Assembly: GCA_002430735.1 (NCBI GenBank)
Contig: DJCV01000017.1
Span: forward strand, 17,238-81,237
Direction of reading: 5' to 3'
Origin: Candidatus Woesebacteria bacterium UBA5941
GTDB taxonomy: Bacteria > Patescibacteriota > Microgenomatia > UBA8517
Length of the DNA: 64,000 nt
Shown: in pieces, positions 29,216 through 39,461 of the stretch
Layout of the letters: the number at the start of each line of letters is the position of its first letter
Numbering within the stretch: the stretch's first letter is position 1
Notes under the pieces: model-generated
Told to the model about the DNA's origin: nothing
Database searches by the model: none
The model's input: the letters and a program-made list of their open reading frames with translations, nothing else
Translations under genes and position numbers: made by a program

Positions 29216-29989
29216 ATGAGTCGACAATATCCTGCAATCGAAAAAATATTAAGAAATGGGAAAGGGCTCCTATTTGCATACGATCATGGATTTGAGTATG
29301 GGCCTAGCAACTTTGACGAGCAATCGGTTGAACCAACCGTTGCTTTAGAACTCGCTAATTCAGGAAATTTTACCGGCTTTATTTGCCAGAAGGGAATCGC
29401 TGCACGGTATTATGATGAAGCACTCCACACCGTTCCACTCATTGTAAAGCTCAATGGGAAAACATCGTTCCGAAACACGAATGAGCCTAAGTCGATTCAA
29501 AACTGCACCGTTGATGAAGCAATTTCTTTTGGGGCAGTAGCGGTAGGGTACGTAATTCATGTTGGCTCGCAGTATGAACCAGAAATGATTGCAGAGTTTG
29601 GGAGAATAGAGCGAGAGGCGCATGAGAAAAATTTGGCCGTTTTAGCATGGATGTACATTACTGGGGATGACTTAATCAAACCTGAACATTCAGATATCAT
29701 AGCGTATGCTGCTCGTGTTGGGATGGAGCTCAATGCTGATGGGATTATTGTGAAGTATACCGGTGATGAAGGAAGTTTCAGGTGGGTTGTAAAGAACGCA
29801 GGAAGGTCAAAAGTGTTTGTGGTTGGTGGGCCAAGAATGGAAACAAGTTACCAATTAATTGAAACTGCTCGAATTGTTTCTCGAGCTGGTGGCGCGGGGT
29901 TTGCTGTAGGAAGAAATATCTGGCAGGCAAAAGACCCAATGGCAATTGCACATCATCTAAATACCGAGCTCTTTGGGGAGAATTCTTAG
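29216..29989 (+). CDS. class I aldolase of the DhnA/archaeal FBA / ADH-synthase family
   Basis: LLFAYDHGFEYGP; K in VKYTGDEG; 257 aa. Confidence 0.75.
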   Translation: MSRQYPAIEKILRNGKGLLFAYDHGFEYGPSNFDEQSVEPTVALELANSGNFTGFICQKGIAARYYDEALHTVPLIVKLNGKTSFRNTNEPKSIQNCTVDEAISFGAVAVGYVIHVGSQYEPEMIAEFGRIEREAHEKNLAVLAWMYITGDDLIKPEHSDIIAYAARVGMELNADGIIVKYTGDEGSFRWVVKNAGRSKVFVVGGPRMETSYQLIETARIVSRAGGAGFAVGRNIWQAKDPMAIAHHLNTELFGENS

Positions 29990-30876
29990 AATGCAATCGA
30001 GAGCGAGTATGAAGCGTCGTTTTTAGGTTCTCCACTCGGATTATCCTTTTGTAAGACAATAGCACCACTTTGAGCTGTTGTTGTAAATGAGAGTGTTGCT
30101 TCAAAGGGAATGCTTTTTCCAGTCATCCATGTTCCGGGTGTTCTCTCTTTGGCCACTCCTTGGACAATGATCTTTCCATTTGAGTCTATTATTTTAATAG
30201 GAAAACTTCCTTCAAACATCCATCCAGGGGGAACACTGCCTATCACCTTTACAGGACTTGTAATAGTGCTGCCTCTATCTGGTGAGTCAATTGTTGGAGT
30301 GGAGGTGTCTTGCTTTACACATTTTCCTCCTGAATCTGGGTAATTTCCGTCGATCTGACAGGTAAACCCAAGCGGGCAGACCATGCCTGCGATTCCACCA
30401 CAAAACGTTCCAGGTGTAGATGAACCTTTTTCATTCTCAGTTAAGCAGCGGTTTAGTTCAGTCGTTTGAGTCCATCCGCAGGCTCCATTTGATTGCACCT
30501 CGCACGTTGCTGTTTTATAACACTGATACGATGCTTTGTAGACGCAGATAGATGCCGTTGTCTCGCTTCCGGCAGGGACACAGAGTTCGCCGCTACACCC
30601 AGCCACGACACAGGAGCCGTTTGTGTTTGGTTGCGGTGTTTGTTGTGTTACAGTCTCAACGAAACGACTGCCAGAACTTGTTATACACACTGATGGATAT
30701 GATTCTTGGATAATACTGTCACTCCGAGCAGCACACTCCTGGTAATTTGTTGGCTTAGTAACGCTCATTCTATTTCCGGGAAGTAAGCTTGTGAGGACTG
30801 AAAGTAGGGTAACGAAGCCGAAGCAGCAGATAATTACTGTAATTATGATAAATGGTTTACTCTTGAGAATTTTCAT
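29986..30876 (-). CDS. secreted Cys-rich protein with C-terminal Gmad2-like immunoglobulin-like domain
   Basis: N-terminal TM/signal; Cys-rich Thr/Ser/Gly middle; C-terminal GWMFEGSFPIKIIDSNGKIIVQGVA...WMTGKSIPFEATLSF resembles Gmad2. Confidence 0.55.
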   Translation of the reverse strand: MKILKSKPFIIITVIICCFGFVTLLSVLTSLLPGNRMSVTKPTNYQECAARSDSIIQESYPSVCITSSGSRFVETVTQQTPQPNTNGSCVVAGCSGELCVPAGSETTASICVYKASYQCYKTATCEVQSNGACGWTQTTELNRCLTENEKGSSTPGTFCGGIAGMVCPLGFTCQIDGNYPDSGGKCVKQDTSTPTIDSPDRGSTITSPVKVIGSVPPGWMFEGSFPIKIIDSNGKIIVQGVAKERTPGTWMTGKSIPFEATLSFTTTAQSGAIVLQKDNPSGEPKNDASYSLSIAF

Positions 30877-30927
30877 TGGTACTATCTTAACATTCCTTTC
30901 AAGTGCTTTTTCGTGATAGAGTGAACT

Positions 30928-31941
30928 ATGAGTGCATTACATGATATCGCTGAAACGCTCGTTGCAGGAAAGCGTGGCTTACTCGCAGCCGATGAAAGCG
31001 ACTCAACAATAAAAAAGCGCTTTGATTCAGTTTCCCTTGAGTCAAATGAAGAAAATAGACGGTTGTACCGCGAACTACTGTTTTCAACTCCAGGTATAGA
31101 AGAATATGTTTCTGGGATTATCCTCTTTGATGAGACGATTAGACAAAGAACTCACGCAGGAATTCCATTTCCAGAATTCTTGTCACAAAGAGGAATTATT
31201 CCTGGAATTAAAGTTGATAAAGGGACTGTTGAGCTCACCAATTTCCCTAACGAAAAGGTGACTGAAGGACTTGATGGTCTGGCTGCACGACTCACTGAAT
31301 ATAAGTCGTTAGGAGCAAAATTTGCGAAGTGGAGAGCGGTGATAACGATTGGTGAGAATATGCCAACCCAGGCATGTATTGATTCAAATTGTTACTTGCT
31401 TGCAAGGTATGCCGCCCTTTGTCAGGCTCAAGAAGTAGTTCCAATTGTTGAGCCAGAAGTCTTAATGGATGGAAATCATCCGATCGAGAAGTGTCGTGAG
31501 GTGACATATACCACACTCAAAACGCTCTTCTCAGAGCTCTCGAAATATAAAATCGATTTTTCAGGACTACTTTTGAAACCGAATATGGTTCTTCCTGGAA
31601 AAGAATTTGGGTCTAAAGCTACCCCTGAAGTAGTCGCAGAGCACACAGTGAAAATACTTGCTGAAGTTGTTCCAGACGAGGTCCCGGGAGTTGTCTTTTT
31701 ATCAGGCGGGCAATCACCAGAAGAGGCAACGCTTAACTTACAGCAAATTAATGCATATTCACAAATGAAATGGAGGTTAACATTTTCATATAGTCGTGCA
31801 ATTCAAGAACCAGTACTACATGCTTGGGCTGGAAAGAAAGAGAACCAGGAAGAGGCTCAGAAAGTATTTTTGAAGCGAGCAAAGCTTGCAAGCCTTGCGA
31901 GTGTCGGACAGTATAACCCTTCCATGGAAACAGCGGCATGA
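30928..31941 (+). CDS. fba: fructose-bisphosphate aldolase class I (glycolytic/eukaryotic-type family)
   Basis: LVAGKRGLLAADESDSTIKKRF, GIILFDETIRQ, LLKPNMV (Schiff-base Lys), 337 aa. Confidence 0.85.
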   Translation: MSALHDIAETLVAGKRGLLAADESDSTIKKRFDSVSLESNEENRRLYRELLFSTPGIEEYVSGIILFDETIRQRTHAGIPFPEFLSQRGIIPGIKVDKGTVELTNFPNEKVTEGLDGLAARLTEYKSLGAKFAKWRAVITIGENMPTQACIDSNCYLLARYAALCQAQEVVPIVEPEVLMDGNHPIEKCREVTYTTLKTLFSELSKYKIDFSGLLLKPNMVLPGKEFGSKATPEVVAEHTVKILAEVVPDEVPGVVFLSGGQSPEEATLNLQQINAYSQMKWRLTFSYSRAIQEPVLHAWAGKKENQEEAQKVFLKRAKLASLASVGQYNPSMETAA

Positions 31942-32933
31942 ATAATTCTTTACAACTGGTAACCGTCGGTGATTCTACCCTTGATGTTTTTATTGCCCCA
32001 AGCGAGACTGAAACACTCTGTACTATCGATCAAAAAGAATGTTTGGTTTGTTTTAACTATGGAGATAAAATCCCGGTCAACTCATTAGGCTTCTCGGTGG
32101 GAGGCAATGCTGCAAATAATGCTGTTGGCGCTAAACGATTAGGCTTACAGGCAGCATTAATCTCTTCGCTCGGGGATGACATAACCGGCAAGCAAATAGC
32201 AGAAGCTTTACAGACTGAATCAGTAAATATGTCATATGTTCATACCGTCATCGGTGGGACTTCTAATTACTCGAGTGTGATTACCTATGGTGGAGAGCGA
32301 ACTATTTTTAGTTATCACGCGCCAAAACCGTATGTCGTTCCTGATGAGTTACCGCAAACTGATTGGATGTATCTAACGTCTCTGGGAGAAGGGTGGGAAG
32401 CAGTCTTTGCAAAAGTGTTTGCCTATCTTGAAAAGCATCCAACAACAAAACTGGCGTTTAACCCCGGGAGCAAACAATTGAGAGCACCACTTGATTCGCT
32501 CACTGAAGTGCTCTCAAAGACACACTTATTGTATGTGAACCGAGAAGAGGCGGAGCATCTTGCACAACTCCAAGACACCGTAGGAAAAGAAAAAGATCTC
32601 TTATTCGCTATGAGCAAAAAAGGGCCTCGTATTGTTGTCATAACAGATGGCTCAAATGGAGCATTCGTTTTTAATGGTCAATCATATTTTTTCGCCCCTG
32701 TTTTTCCGCAGACTGCAGTTGAAAGAACAGGAGCTGGCGATGCGTTTGGTTCAGGCTGTCTTAGTGCACTTATTAAAGGTAAAACCCTTGAGGAGGCACT
32801 TTTGTGGGGTGCTATTAATTCAGCCTCTGTTATTAGTAAAGTCGGTGCACAAGCAGGGTTACTTCATGAAGATGAGATGCATGTGTTTCTTGACCGCGCT
32901 TGTGAACAAGGTATTATGGTTACAGAGTTATGA
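31938..32933 (+). CDS. PfkB-family carbohydrate kinase (ribokinase-like)
   Basis: GGNAANNAVG, TGAGDAFGSGCLSALIKG. Confidence 0.8.
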   Translation: MNNSLQLVTVGDSTLDVFIAPSETETLCTIDQKECLVCFNYGDKIPVNSLGFSVGGNAANNAVGAKRLGLQAALISSLGDDITGKQIAEALQTESVNMSYVHTVIGGTSNYSSVITYGGERTIFSYHAPKPYVVPDELPQTDWMYLTSLGEGWEAVFAKVFAYLEKHPTTKLAFNPGSKQLRAPLDSLTEVLSKTHLLYVNREEAEHLAQLQDTVGKEKDLLFAMSKKGPRIVVITDGSNGAFVFNGQSYFFAPVFPQTAVERTGAGDAFGSGCLSALIKGKTLEEALLWGAINSASVISKVGAQAGLLHEDEMHVFLDRACEQGIMVTEL

Positions 32934-33916
32934 AAATATTTGTTTCCCGTTCATTCCCTGGTACTGCGCTAGACTCCCTAAAGTCTTCTGGTCATGAAGT
33001 TACTATTTCTCCCTTTGACCGACCGCTCACCGCAGAGGAGCTCTTGGTACATGCAAAAGGAGTCGATGGATTACTTTCATTTTTAACTGACAAAATTGAT
33101 GGAGAAGTGTTGGATGCGCTTGGACCGCAATTGAAGATCGTCAGTAATTACGCAGTCGGCTTTGACAACATTGTTGTCCCTGAAGCAACGAATAGGGGAA
33201 TTGTTGTTTCAAATACTCCATGCGATGAAGTAAATGAAGCAGTTGCAGAGCACACCTGGGCATTACTCTTGTCCTTAGCCAGGCGTGTTGTTGAGGCAGA
33301 TGAGTCTACAAAACGTGGGGCATATCACGGATGGGAGCCAGGAATTTTCTTAGGTGCGAGTTTGAAAGGGAAAACACTTGGTATTATTGGTATGGGCAGA
33401 ATTGGAGAGATGGTTGCTCGACGCGCAAAAGGCTTTGAAATGAAAGTCCTTTATAACAAGCGAACGCCAGATCCGAAAGCAGAAAGCGAGTTGGGTGTAA
33501 CATTTGCATCTGTTGATGATTTACTCGCACAAAGTGATTTTGTGTCTCTTCATGCACCACTTACCGACGAAACTCGTCATATGATGAATCATGATCGTTT
33601 TAGCAAAATGAAAAATGGGAGCTACTTAATCAACACGGCACGTGGACCAATGGTAGATGAATATGCATTAGTGGAGGCACTTCGAACCGGAAAACTCGCA
33701 GGAGCAGGCCTTGATGTCTTTGACGCTGAGCCGAATATGAATCCAGAACTAGTGGGTATGGAAAACGTAATATTAACGCCTCACATCGCATCAGCGACGT
33801 ATGAGGCACGAGAGAAGATGGGACGACTTGCAGTTGACGCAATTCTACAAACGCTCACGAGTCAACAACCTCAAACAATTGTGAATCCCGATGTATGGGA
33901 TCACCGTCGCGTATAA
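32930..33916 (+). CDS. D-isomer-specific 2-hydroxyacid dehydrogenase (glyoxylate/hydroxypyruvate reductase-like)
   Basis: GKTLGIIGMGRIGEMVARRA NAD-binding, catalytic RGPMVDE...H. Confidence 0.85.
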   Translation: MKIFVSRSFPGTALDSLKSSGHEVTISPFDRPLTAEELLVHAKGVDGLLSFLTDKIDGEVLDALGPQLKIVSNYAVGFDNIVVPEATNRGIVVSNTPCDEVNEAVAEHTWALLLSLARRVVEADESTKRGAYHGWEPGIFLGASLKGKTLGIIGMGRIGEMVARRAKGFEMKVLYNKRTPDPKAESELGVTFASVDDLLAQSDFVSLHAPLTDETRHMMNHDRFSKMKNGSYLINTARGPMVDEYALVEALRTGKLAGAGLDVFDAEPNMNPELVGMENVILTPHIASATYEAREKMGRLAVDAILQTLTSQQPQTIVNPDVWDHRRV

Positions 33917-33932
33917 TATACGCACACCCACT

Positions 33933-34943
33933 ATGGCTTTTAGACGCAAGCGATTAATCAAAACGGAAGATGAACTTTCATCGGCGCGAATTGATATGCG
34001 TGAGAAACCAAAGAAAGGGTGGGGGAAAAAGGAGCGTTCGTTTGTCTTTCTGGTGGTGATTGGAACTTCATTAACTGCATTTCTCTTGGCATTTACTTCA
34101 CGACAAGGTAAATTGCCCGGTCTTCCTCGATTAAGTGGTTCCTCAATTGGTATGAGTGAAACTGTGGTGCTCACAAAAACACAGGCACCACCTTCAGTAA
34201 AGAAAAAACAAAATGAAACAATTCTTGCGTTTACTGAAGCGGTTTCTCAACTCTCGGGAGTATATTCGTTTGTTGCAGTGGATTTGAATTCTGGGGAGGT
34301 CTATGGAGTGAACGAATATGAACCGATGCAAGCGGCATCACTTATTAAACTGCCAGTCATGGCGCAATTTCTGAAGATGGCTGAAGATGGGAAGATTAAT
34401 CTTGATACTGTATATACCTTGCGCGATGCTGACAAAATTGGTGGATCGGGAAGTTTGCAGTATAAAGCAGCCGGTACTGAGCTCACATATCGGGAATTGG
34501 TTCAACTAATGGGAAAGCAGTCTGATAATACTGCATTTAACGTAGTTCGTAAAAAAATTGGTGATCAAGCAATTGCTGACTATATGAAAAACGTTGGAAT
34601 GAAGAACACGGACCTTTTGGAAAACATGACAACGCCATCAGATATGGCGCTCCTGTTTGAAAAAATATATCAAGCTCAAATTATCTCAGTAGCTTCAAGA
34701 GATTTGTTACTTGAGAGTTTAACTGGCACAATTTATGAGCAACATTTAGTCAAAGGCATTCCAGAAGGAATCAAGGTCGCGCACAAGTATGGTCGCGAAT
34801 TGCATGTGGTGAATGATGGAGGCGTTGTATATTCAGAATCTCCATATGTCGTTGTAATTATGACTGCTGGAATTGTAGAGGCTGAAGCTGATTCTGTATT
34901 TCCAAAACTCTCTCAAATTATATTCGAAGGACAAACTTACTGA
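33933..34943 (+). CDS. membrane-anchored class A beta-lactamase-like serine hydrolase
   Basis: ASLIKL (SxxK), SDNTA (SDN), N-terminal TM; ATG 33933 chosen over 33891, which overlaps the upstream gene. Confidence 0.65.
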   Translation: MAFRRKRLIKTEDELSSARIDMREKPKKGWGKKERSFVFLVVIGTSLTAFLLAFTSRQGKLPGLPRLSGSSIGMSETVVLTKTQAPPSVKKKQNETILAFTEAVSQLSGVYSFVAVDLNSGEVYGVNEYEPMQAASLIKLPVMAQFLKMAEDGKINLDTVYTLRDADKIGGSGSLQYKAAGTELTYRELVQLMGKQSDNTAFNVVRKKIGDQAIADYMKNVGMKNTDLLENMTTPSDMALLFEKIYQAQIISVASRDLLLESLTGTIYEQHLVKGIPEGIKVAHKYGRELHVVNDGGVVYSESPYVVVIMTAGIVEAEADSVFPKLSQIIFEGQTY

Positions 34944-37066
34944 AGTGAAAACTTTGTTTTTTCTTTAGCGAGTTCGTTGGGAACACAGGGATTCTTCGGT
35001 TCTGTTCCTTGGATAAACCATTCTCGAGTCCCACCACAGCCTGAGATTTCAACAATACCACCAGGAATAGGCCACGGGGTACTCGGCTCTTTTTCCAGGA
35101 GACGTTTCATGATTCCATTCCAAATAGGAGAGGCTCCCGTTACTCCGGAGGCGACTCTGCTCATTGGAGAACCGTCATTGTTTCCAACCCATACCGCAAC
35201 TAAATAGTTTTTATTAAATCCAACAGTTAAGTTATCGCGTAAATTGTTGCTTGTGCCCGTTTTCACTGCAACTTCAGGATGGTTGGGGATGACCAATGCA
35301 GAGTTTGCTCCAAAAGCGGGAGTTCTGGCAGCATTGTCTGAAAGTATGCTTATCAATTGATATGCCACGCGCGGATCTAATACTTGTTCTTTGGTACATG
35401 CGGCATCACTACATAAAACTGGTTGGGTGTCACCGCGTAGATCTACGATTGATTTAAATGGTGTAATAGGTATTCGCTTGCCATAATTTGCGATAGTTAA
35501 ATAGACTTGTGCAAGGTCGATTAATCGAACTTCACCACCACCTAATGTTAAAGAAAGTCCAAACCTATTTCGATCCTCCCACGTTGTAATTCCCATTTTA
35601 TTTCCCAGATCAATCATATTCGAAACACCATAACTATTTAAGACTTTAACTGCAGGGATATTTCGAGATTGCGCAAGCGCACTTCGAAGAGAGATTTTTC
35701 CTTTATATGTGCCATCGTAATTTTCAGGTTTATATGGAGGAGCGCCACGTGTGGTAAACACTGTTGGGATATCATCCAGGATGCTTGCTGGCGTAAACCC
35801 GTGGGATAAGGCATATGCATAATTCACGACCTTAATTGAACTCCCAGGCTGTCTCAGACTTGTTGTTGTGTTCACTGTTCCATCATTTTTACTGTCGTTG
35901 TAATTTCTGGAACCCACCATTGCAAGAATCTCTCCCGTTTGCACTGATATAACAAGCACGCCTGCGTTTGAAACTTTGAGTCGTGCTAAGTTCTTGAGCT
36001 CTTTTTCCACCTCTTCTTCTGCAATTGATTGAATTGAATCACTAATCGTTGAAGTTATGGAATATCCATTGGTAAATACCCCATGACCATACTTACTTGC
36101 TAATAAACCACCAACATAAATGACAAAGTGGGGTGCTTCTGAGAACAGTTGATCTTTTTGAAATGCTAATTGCACCGCTTGCGCTTCACGCTTTTCTTTT
36201 TCTGTGATGTATTCCATTTCATACATTTGGTTTAATACAATATTTTTCCTCGTCAGTGCACGGTCACGGTCTTCAAAAAATGTTGAGGGGTTTTGTGGTC
36301 GTGATGCAATAAACGCTGCTTCTGAAAGGTTCACCGTTTGTATGTCTTTTCCGAAATATAAATGAGACGCTTCTTGTACCCCGTACGAGGCTCCTCCGTA
36401 TGGAACGCGGTTTAAGTACATCTCTAGAATTTGATCTTTAGTGAACCGCTCTTCAACTTGAAGTGCTAATATCATTTCAGAAATTTTTCGGTCGAGTGTT
36501 CTTTCTGGAGAGAGATATACATTTTTAACAAGCTGTTGAGTAAGAGTAGAGGCCCCGGTTAATTGCCCACCATCTCTGATCCACTTAATGAACGCTCTGC
36601 TTAACGCTTTAAATGAAACACCTTTATGTGAATAAAAGTCTCGATCTTCTGTGGCTATTGTTGCTTGCTTTACTGAGAGTGGTATTTCACTCAGAGAAAT
36701 CGGAGTCCTATTTACATCGCTATAAAACTTATACAAAAGTTTTCCATTCCGATCATATACTTTTGATGATGCATCATTGTTATGTGTGGGAAGTGTTGAG
36801 ACATCCGGAAGAGATGTAAAAAAATCAAAGGCCGATTTGTACATCATGCCCATGCTAATAAAAAATATGCAGACAGGAACTGTTAACAAAATGAGTCTGT
36901 TTATTTGATTAAACACCTTGAATGAGGTTCTTTCTTTAATGAAAGAATGTAGAAATACTAAGGTGATCACAATGATACTGAGTAGGACATAGAAGGGTTT
37001 TCCAACGAGGATGAGAGGTCTAGTAACCAGCGAAAATTTCTTTGAGGCGTGTGTCTTCCTCTTCAT
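34937..37066 (-). CDS. class A penicillin-binding protein (bifunctional GT51 transglycosylase/transpeptidase)
   Basis: ATIATEDRDFYSHKGVS, GASTLTQQLVKN, SIK (SxxK), SRN, KTG. Confidence 0.9.
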   Translation of the reverse strand: MKRKTHASKKFSLVTRPLILVGKPFYVLLSIIVITLVFLHSFIKERTSFKVFNQINRLILLTVPVCIFFISMGMMYKSAFDFFTSLPDVSTLPTHNNDASSKVYDRNGKLLYKFYSDVNRTPISLSEIPLSVKQATIATEDRDFYSHKGVSFKALSRAFIKWIRDGGQLTGASTLTQQLVKNVYLSPERTLDRKISEMILALQVEERFTKDQILEMYLNRVPYGGASYGVQEASHLYFGKDIQTVNLSEAAFIASRPQNPSTFFEDRDRALTRKNIVLNQMYEMEYITEKEKREAQAVQLAFQKDQLFSEAPHFVIYVGGLLASKYGHGVFTNGYSITSTISDSIQSIAEEEVEKELKNLARLKVSNAGVLVISVQTGEILAMVGSRNYNDSKNDGTVNTTTSLRQPGSSIKVVNYAYALSHGFTPASILDDIPTVFTTRGAPPYKPENYDGTYKGKISLRSALAQSRNIPAVKVLNSYGVSNMIDLGNKMGITTWEDRNRFGLSLTLGGGEVRLIDLAQVYLTIANYGKRIPITPFKSIVDLRGDTQPVLCSDAACTKEQVLDPRVAYQLISILSDNAARTPAFGANSALVIPNHPEVAVKTGTSNNLRDNLTVGFNKNYLVAVWVGNNDGSPMSRVASGVTGASPIWNGIMKRLLEKEPSTPWPIPGGIVEISGCGGTREWFIQGTEPKNPCVPNELAKEKTKFSLQ

Positions 37067-37122
37067 TAATAATACATTTTAATCTATTCACGATACGAGA
37101 AAGAAGAGGGGAATTACGCTTT

Positions 37123-39435
37123 TTACGGATTAGGAGTAGCCGTTTGGAATGATCTAAAATTTACTGGATATCCAATAACTACTTTGCCCATTGGGAATGC
37201 ACAATCTAAACAAATATTCGTTCCTAACGGATCAGTGATGACTAAATGATTTTCCATTTGAGTATTCTCTGGGAGGATATCGTTTGGCGCATAGGTGTTT
37301 GAAAGCCGATCAAATGGAAGATCCATGCGTTGTGCACCATTCGCTGGTACTGTGCCATCAGTATAAAACTCATAACGCTGCGGACACCCATTGCTTGCAT
37401 CATTTGGCAAAAATCCAGTGTTTGCACAAATCATAGTTCCAGTAACGTTATCTGGTTGCACCGGCCATGCAGCACCTTTGTCAGTCGGGTAGTATGCACC
37501 AGCTGCCGCTTTATCAAGCACTTTCTTCATAATCGCATTCCAAATTGGAGAAGCACCCGACACTCCTGATACTCCGCCACTCATTGGCGAATTGTCATTA
37601 TTTCCAACCCATACGATCCCGACAGCATGTGGTGTGTACCCATCTGTCCAGTTGTCTCGTCTGTCATTTGTTGTTCCTGTTTTAACTGATACCTCAGGAT
37701 GTCCCGCAACATTGAGGAATGATGAAGGTCCAAATGCCGCTGTTCTTGCATTATTATCTTGCAACGCATGACTAATCAGAAAAGTAACATCAGGCTCTAA
37801 TATTCGAGGACCGCTGAGTGGATCGACTTTGTGTTCGTACAAGACTTTACCGTTCCAGTCTTCAACCTTTTGTATACCGAAAAGGTTTTGCTTAATTCCA
37901 CCGTTTGCAAAGACACCATATGCCGTGGCCATATCAAAGATAGTAACTTCGCCGCCACCTAATGTGAGTGACAAACCATAATTTTTTGGGTCTTGAAGCG
38001 TCGTGAGTCCCAAGTCGCGAGCAAATGTCACGAAATTTTCCAGCCCGTTGAGGGCGAGGACTCTGACGGCTGGGATATTATATGAATTGCCGAGGGCAAA
38101 CCTCACTTGTGATGCGCCATGGAACGTTCCATCGTAGTTGACCGGGCAATATGATTCTTGTCCGACCACTTGGAAACAGGTTGGAATATCAGCAAGAGCA
38201 GTAGAGAGGGTTATTTTCTTATCTCGCAATGCGAGTGCGTAGTTAAATGGCTTAATAGATGAACCTGGTTGTCTCTTTGCAAAAATAATATTCACTTTTC
38301 CATCTTCATCTGTTGCAAAGTAGTCTTTTGAACCAACCATTGAGAGAATTTCTCCTGTTTTTGGATAGGTTACGAGTGCTGCACCGTTTCCAACCTGTTG
38401 CTTCGTGAGTTTTGCAACTTCTTTAGCGACAGCAGCCTCAGCAGTCGCCTGCAACTCAAGGTCGAGTGTTGTGGTTACCCGTAAACCACCTTTTTCAACG
38501 ACACTATCCCCAAACATGTCAGCAAGCTGCTCCTTAATCCAAAGAGAGAAGTGTGGAGCCACAAGGGGACTTGGTTTCGCATACGCAATGTCTGCCTCGT
38601 AGGCTTCTGTTGCTTGCTCTTGAGTGATGTATTTATCTTCGACCATTCGACTCAACACCAATTGCTGGCGCTCTTTTGCAAGCTCAGGTTTTGCACCAAA
38701 TGGAGAGAAACGAGTCGGCGATGCAGTGAGTCCAGCAAGCAGTGACGCTTCTGACAGATTTAGTTGAGCAACCGATTTTCCGAAATAGAGCTGAGAAGCT
38801 GCTTCTACACCGTAGGCTGTTGACCCATATGGAATTTGATTTAAATAAAGCTCTAGGATTTGATCTTTTGAGTATCTGACCTCCACAAGCGTCGCTAAAA
38901 TGAATTCGCGAATTTTACGTTTCAATGTTCGTTCAGGTGTGAGGAGTGCGCTTTTAACGAGCTGTTGGGTTAATGTTGACCCTCCTTCTAGTTGCCCTTG
39001 GAAAACGGTTTTATAGGCTGCGCGCACCATTCCTGGGATAGAGAATCCGCTGTGCTTGTAAAAATCTTTGTCTTCAACTGAAATGGTTGCTTGTTTTACA
39101 ACATCAGGAATTTCATTTAGTTTGACGGGAGTTCTTCGTTCGCTTGCATAGATCTCATAAATCACTGAACCGTTCCGGTCAAGAAGTTTTGTTGAAACCG
39201 CTTGGTTTTGTGAAAGATTGTCGGGGAGTGGAAGCCCCCAGAGTACCCATGCTCCAAGGAGCGCAATACCACTAAAAAAGAGTGCTGCCATGATCATGAG
39301 TGCCTTTTTACTAACCCGCAACCGTTTTAAGAGAGTTTGTTTCACTCGACGATTCTGTGCTGCTTCTTTTTCTACAACGACTTCAGGGTGGGTTGCTCGG
39401 ATACGACGTTTTAGCTTTCTTTTTTTACTTGGCAT
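37123..39435 (-). CDS. class A penicillin-binding protein, second paralogue
   Basis: ATISVEDKDFYKHSGFS, GGSTLTQQLVKS, SSIKP, KTGT. Confidence 0.9.
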   Translation of the reverse strand: MPSKKRKLKRRIRATHPEVVVEKEAAQNRRVKQTLLKRLRVSKKALMIMAALFFSGIALLGAWVLWGLPLPDNLSQNQAVSTKLLDRNGSVIYEIYASERRTPVKLNEIPDVVKQATISVEDKDFYKHSGFSIPGMVRAAYKTVFQGQLEGGSTLTQQLVKSALLTPERTLKRKIREFILATLVEVRYSKDQILELYLNQIPYGSTAYGVEAASQLYFGKSVAQLNLSEASLLAGLTASPTRFSPFGAKPELAKERQQLVLSRMVEDKYITQEQATEAYEADIAYAKPSPLVAPHFSLWIKEQLADMFGDSVVEKGGLRVTTTLDLELQATAEAAVAKEVAKLTKQQVGNGAALVTYPKTGEILSMVGSKDYFATDEDGKVNIIFAKRQPGSSIKPFNYALALRDKKITLSTALADIPTCFQVVGQESYCPVNYDGTFHGASQVRFALGNSYNIPAVRVLALNGLENFVTFARDLGLTTLQDPKNYGLSLTLGGGEVTIFDMATAYGVFANGGIKQNLFGIQKVEDWNGKVLYEHKVDPLSGPRILEPDVTFLISHALQDNNARTAAFGPSSFLNVAGHPEVSVKTGTTNDRRDNWTDGYTPHAVGIVWVGNNDNSPMSGGVSGVSGASPIWNAIMKKVLDKAAAGAYYPTDKGAAWPVQPDNVTGTMICANTGFLPNDASNGCPQRYEFYTDGTVPANGAQRMDLPFDRLSNTYAPNDILPENTQMENHLVITDPLGTNICLDCAFPMGKVVIGYPVNFRSFQTATPNP

Positions 39436-39461
39436 ACATCATATTATACTGGATTTTTGCT

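Noticed and set aside
39357-39461. Track GTG start of the HEPN-motif ORF
   Set aside because: It overlaps the first 79 nt of the divergent PBP gene. The downstream GTG codons after the PBP start are more plausible.
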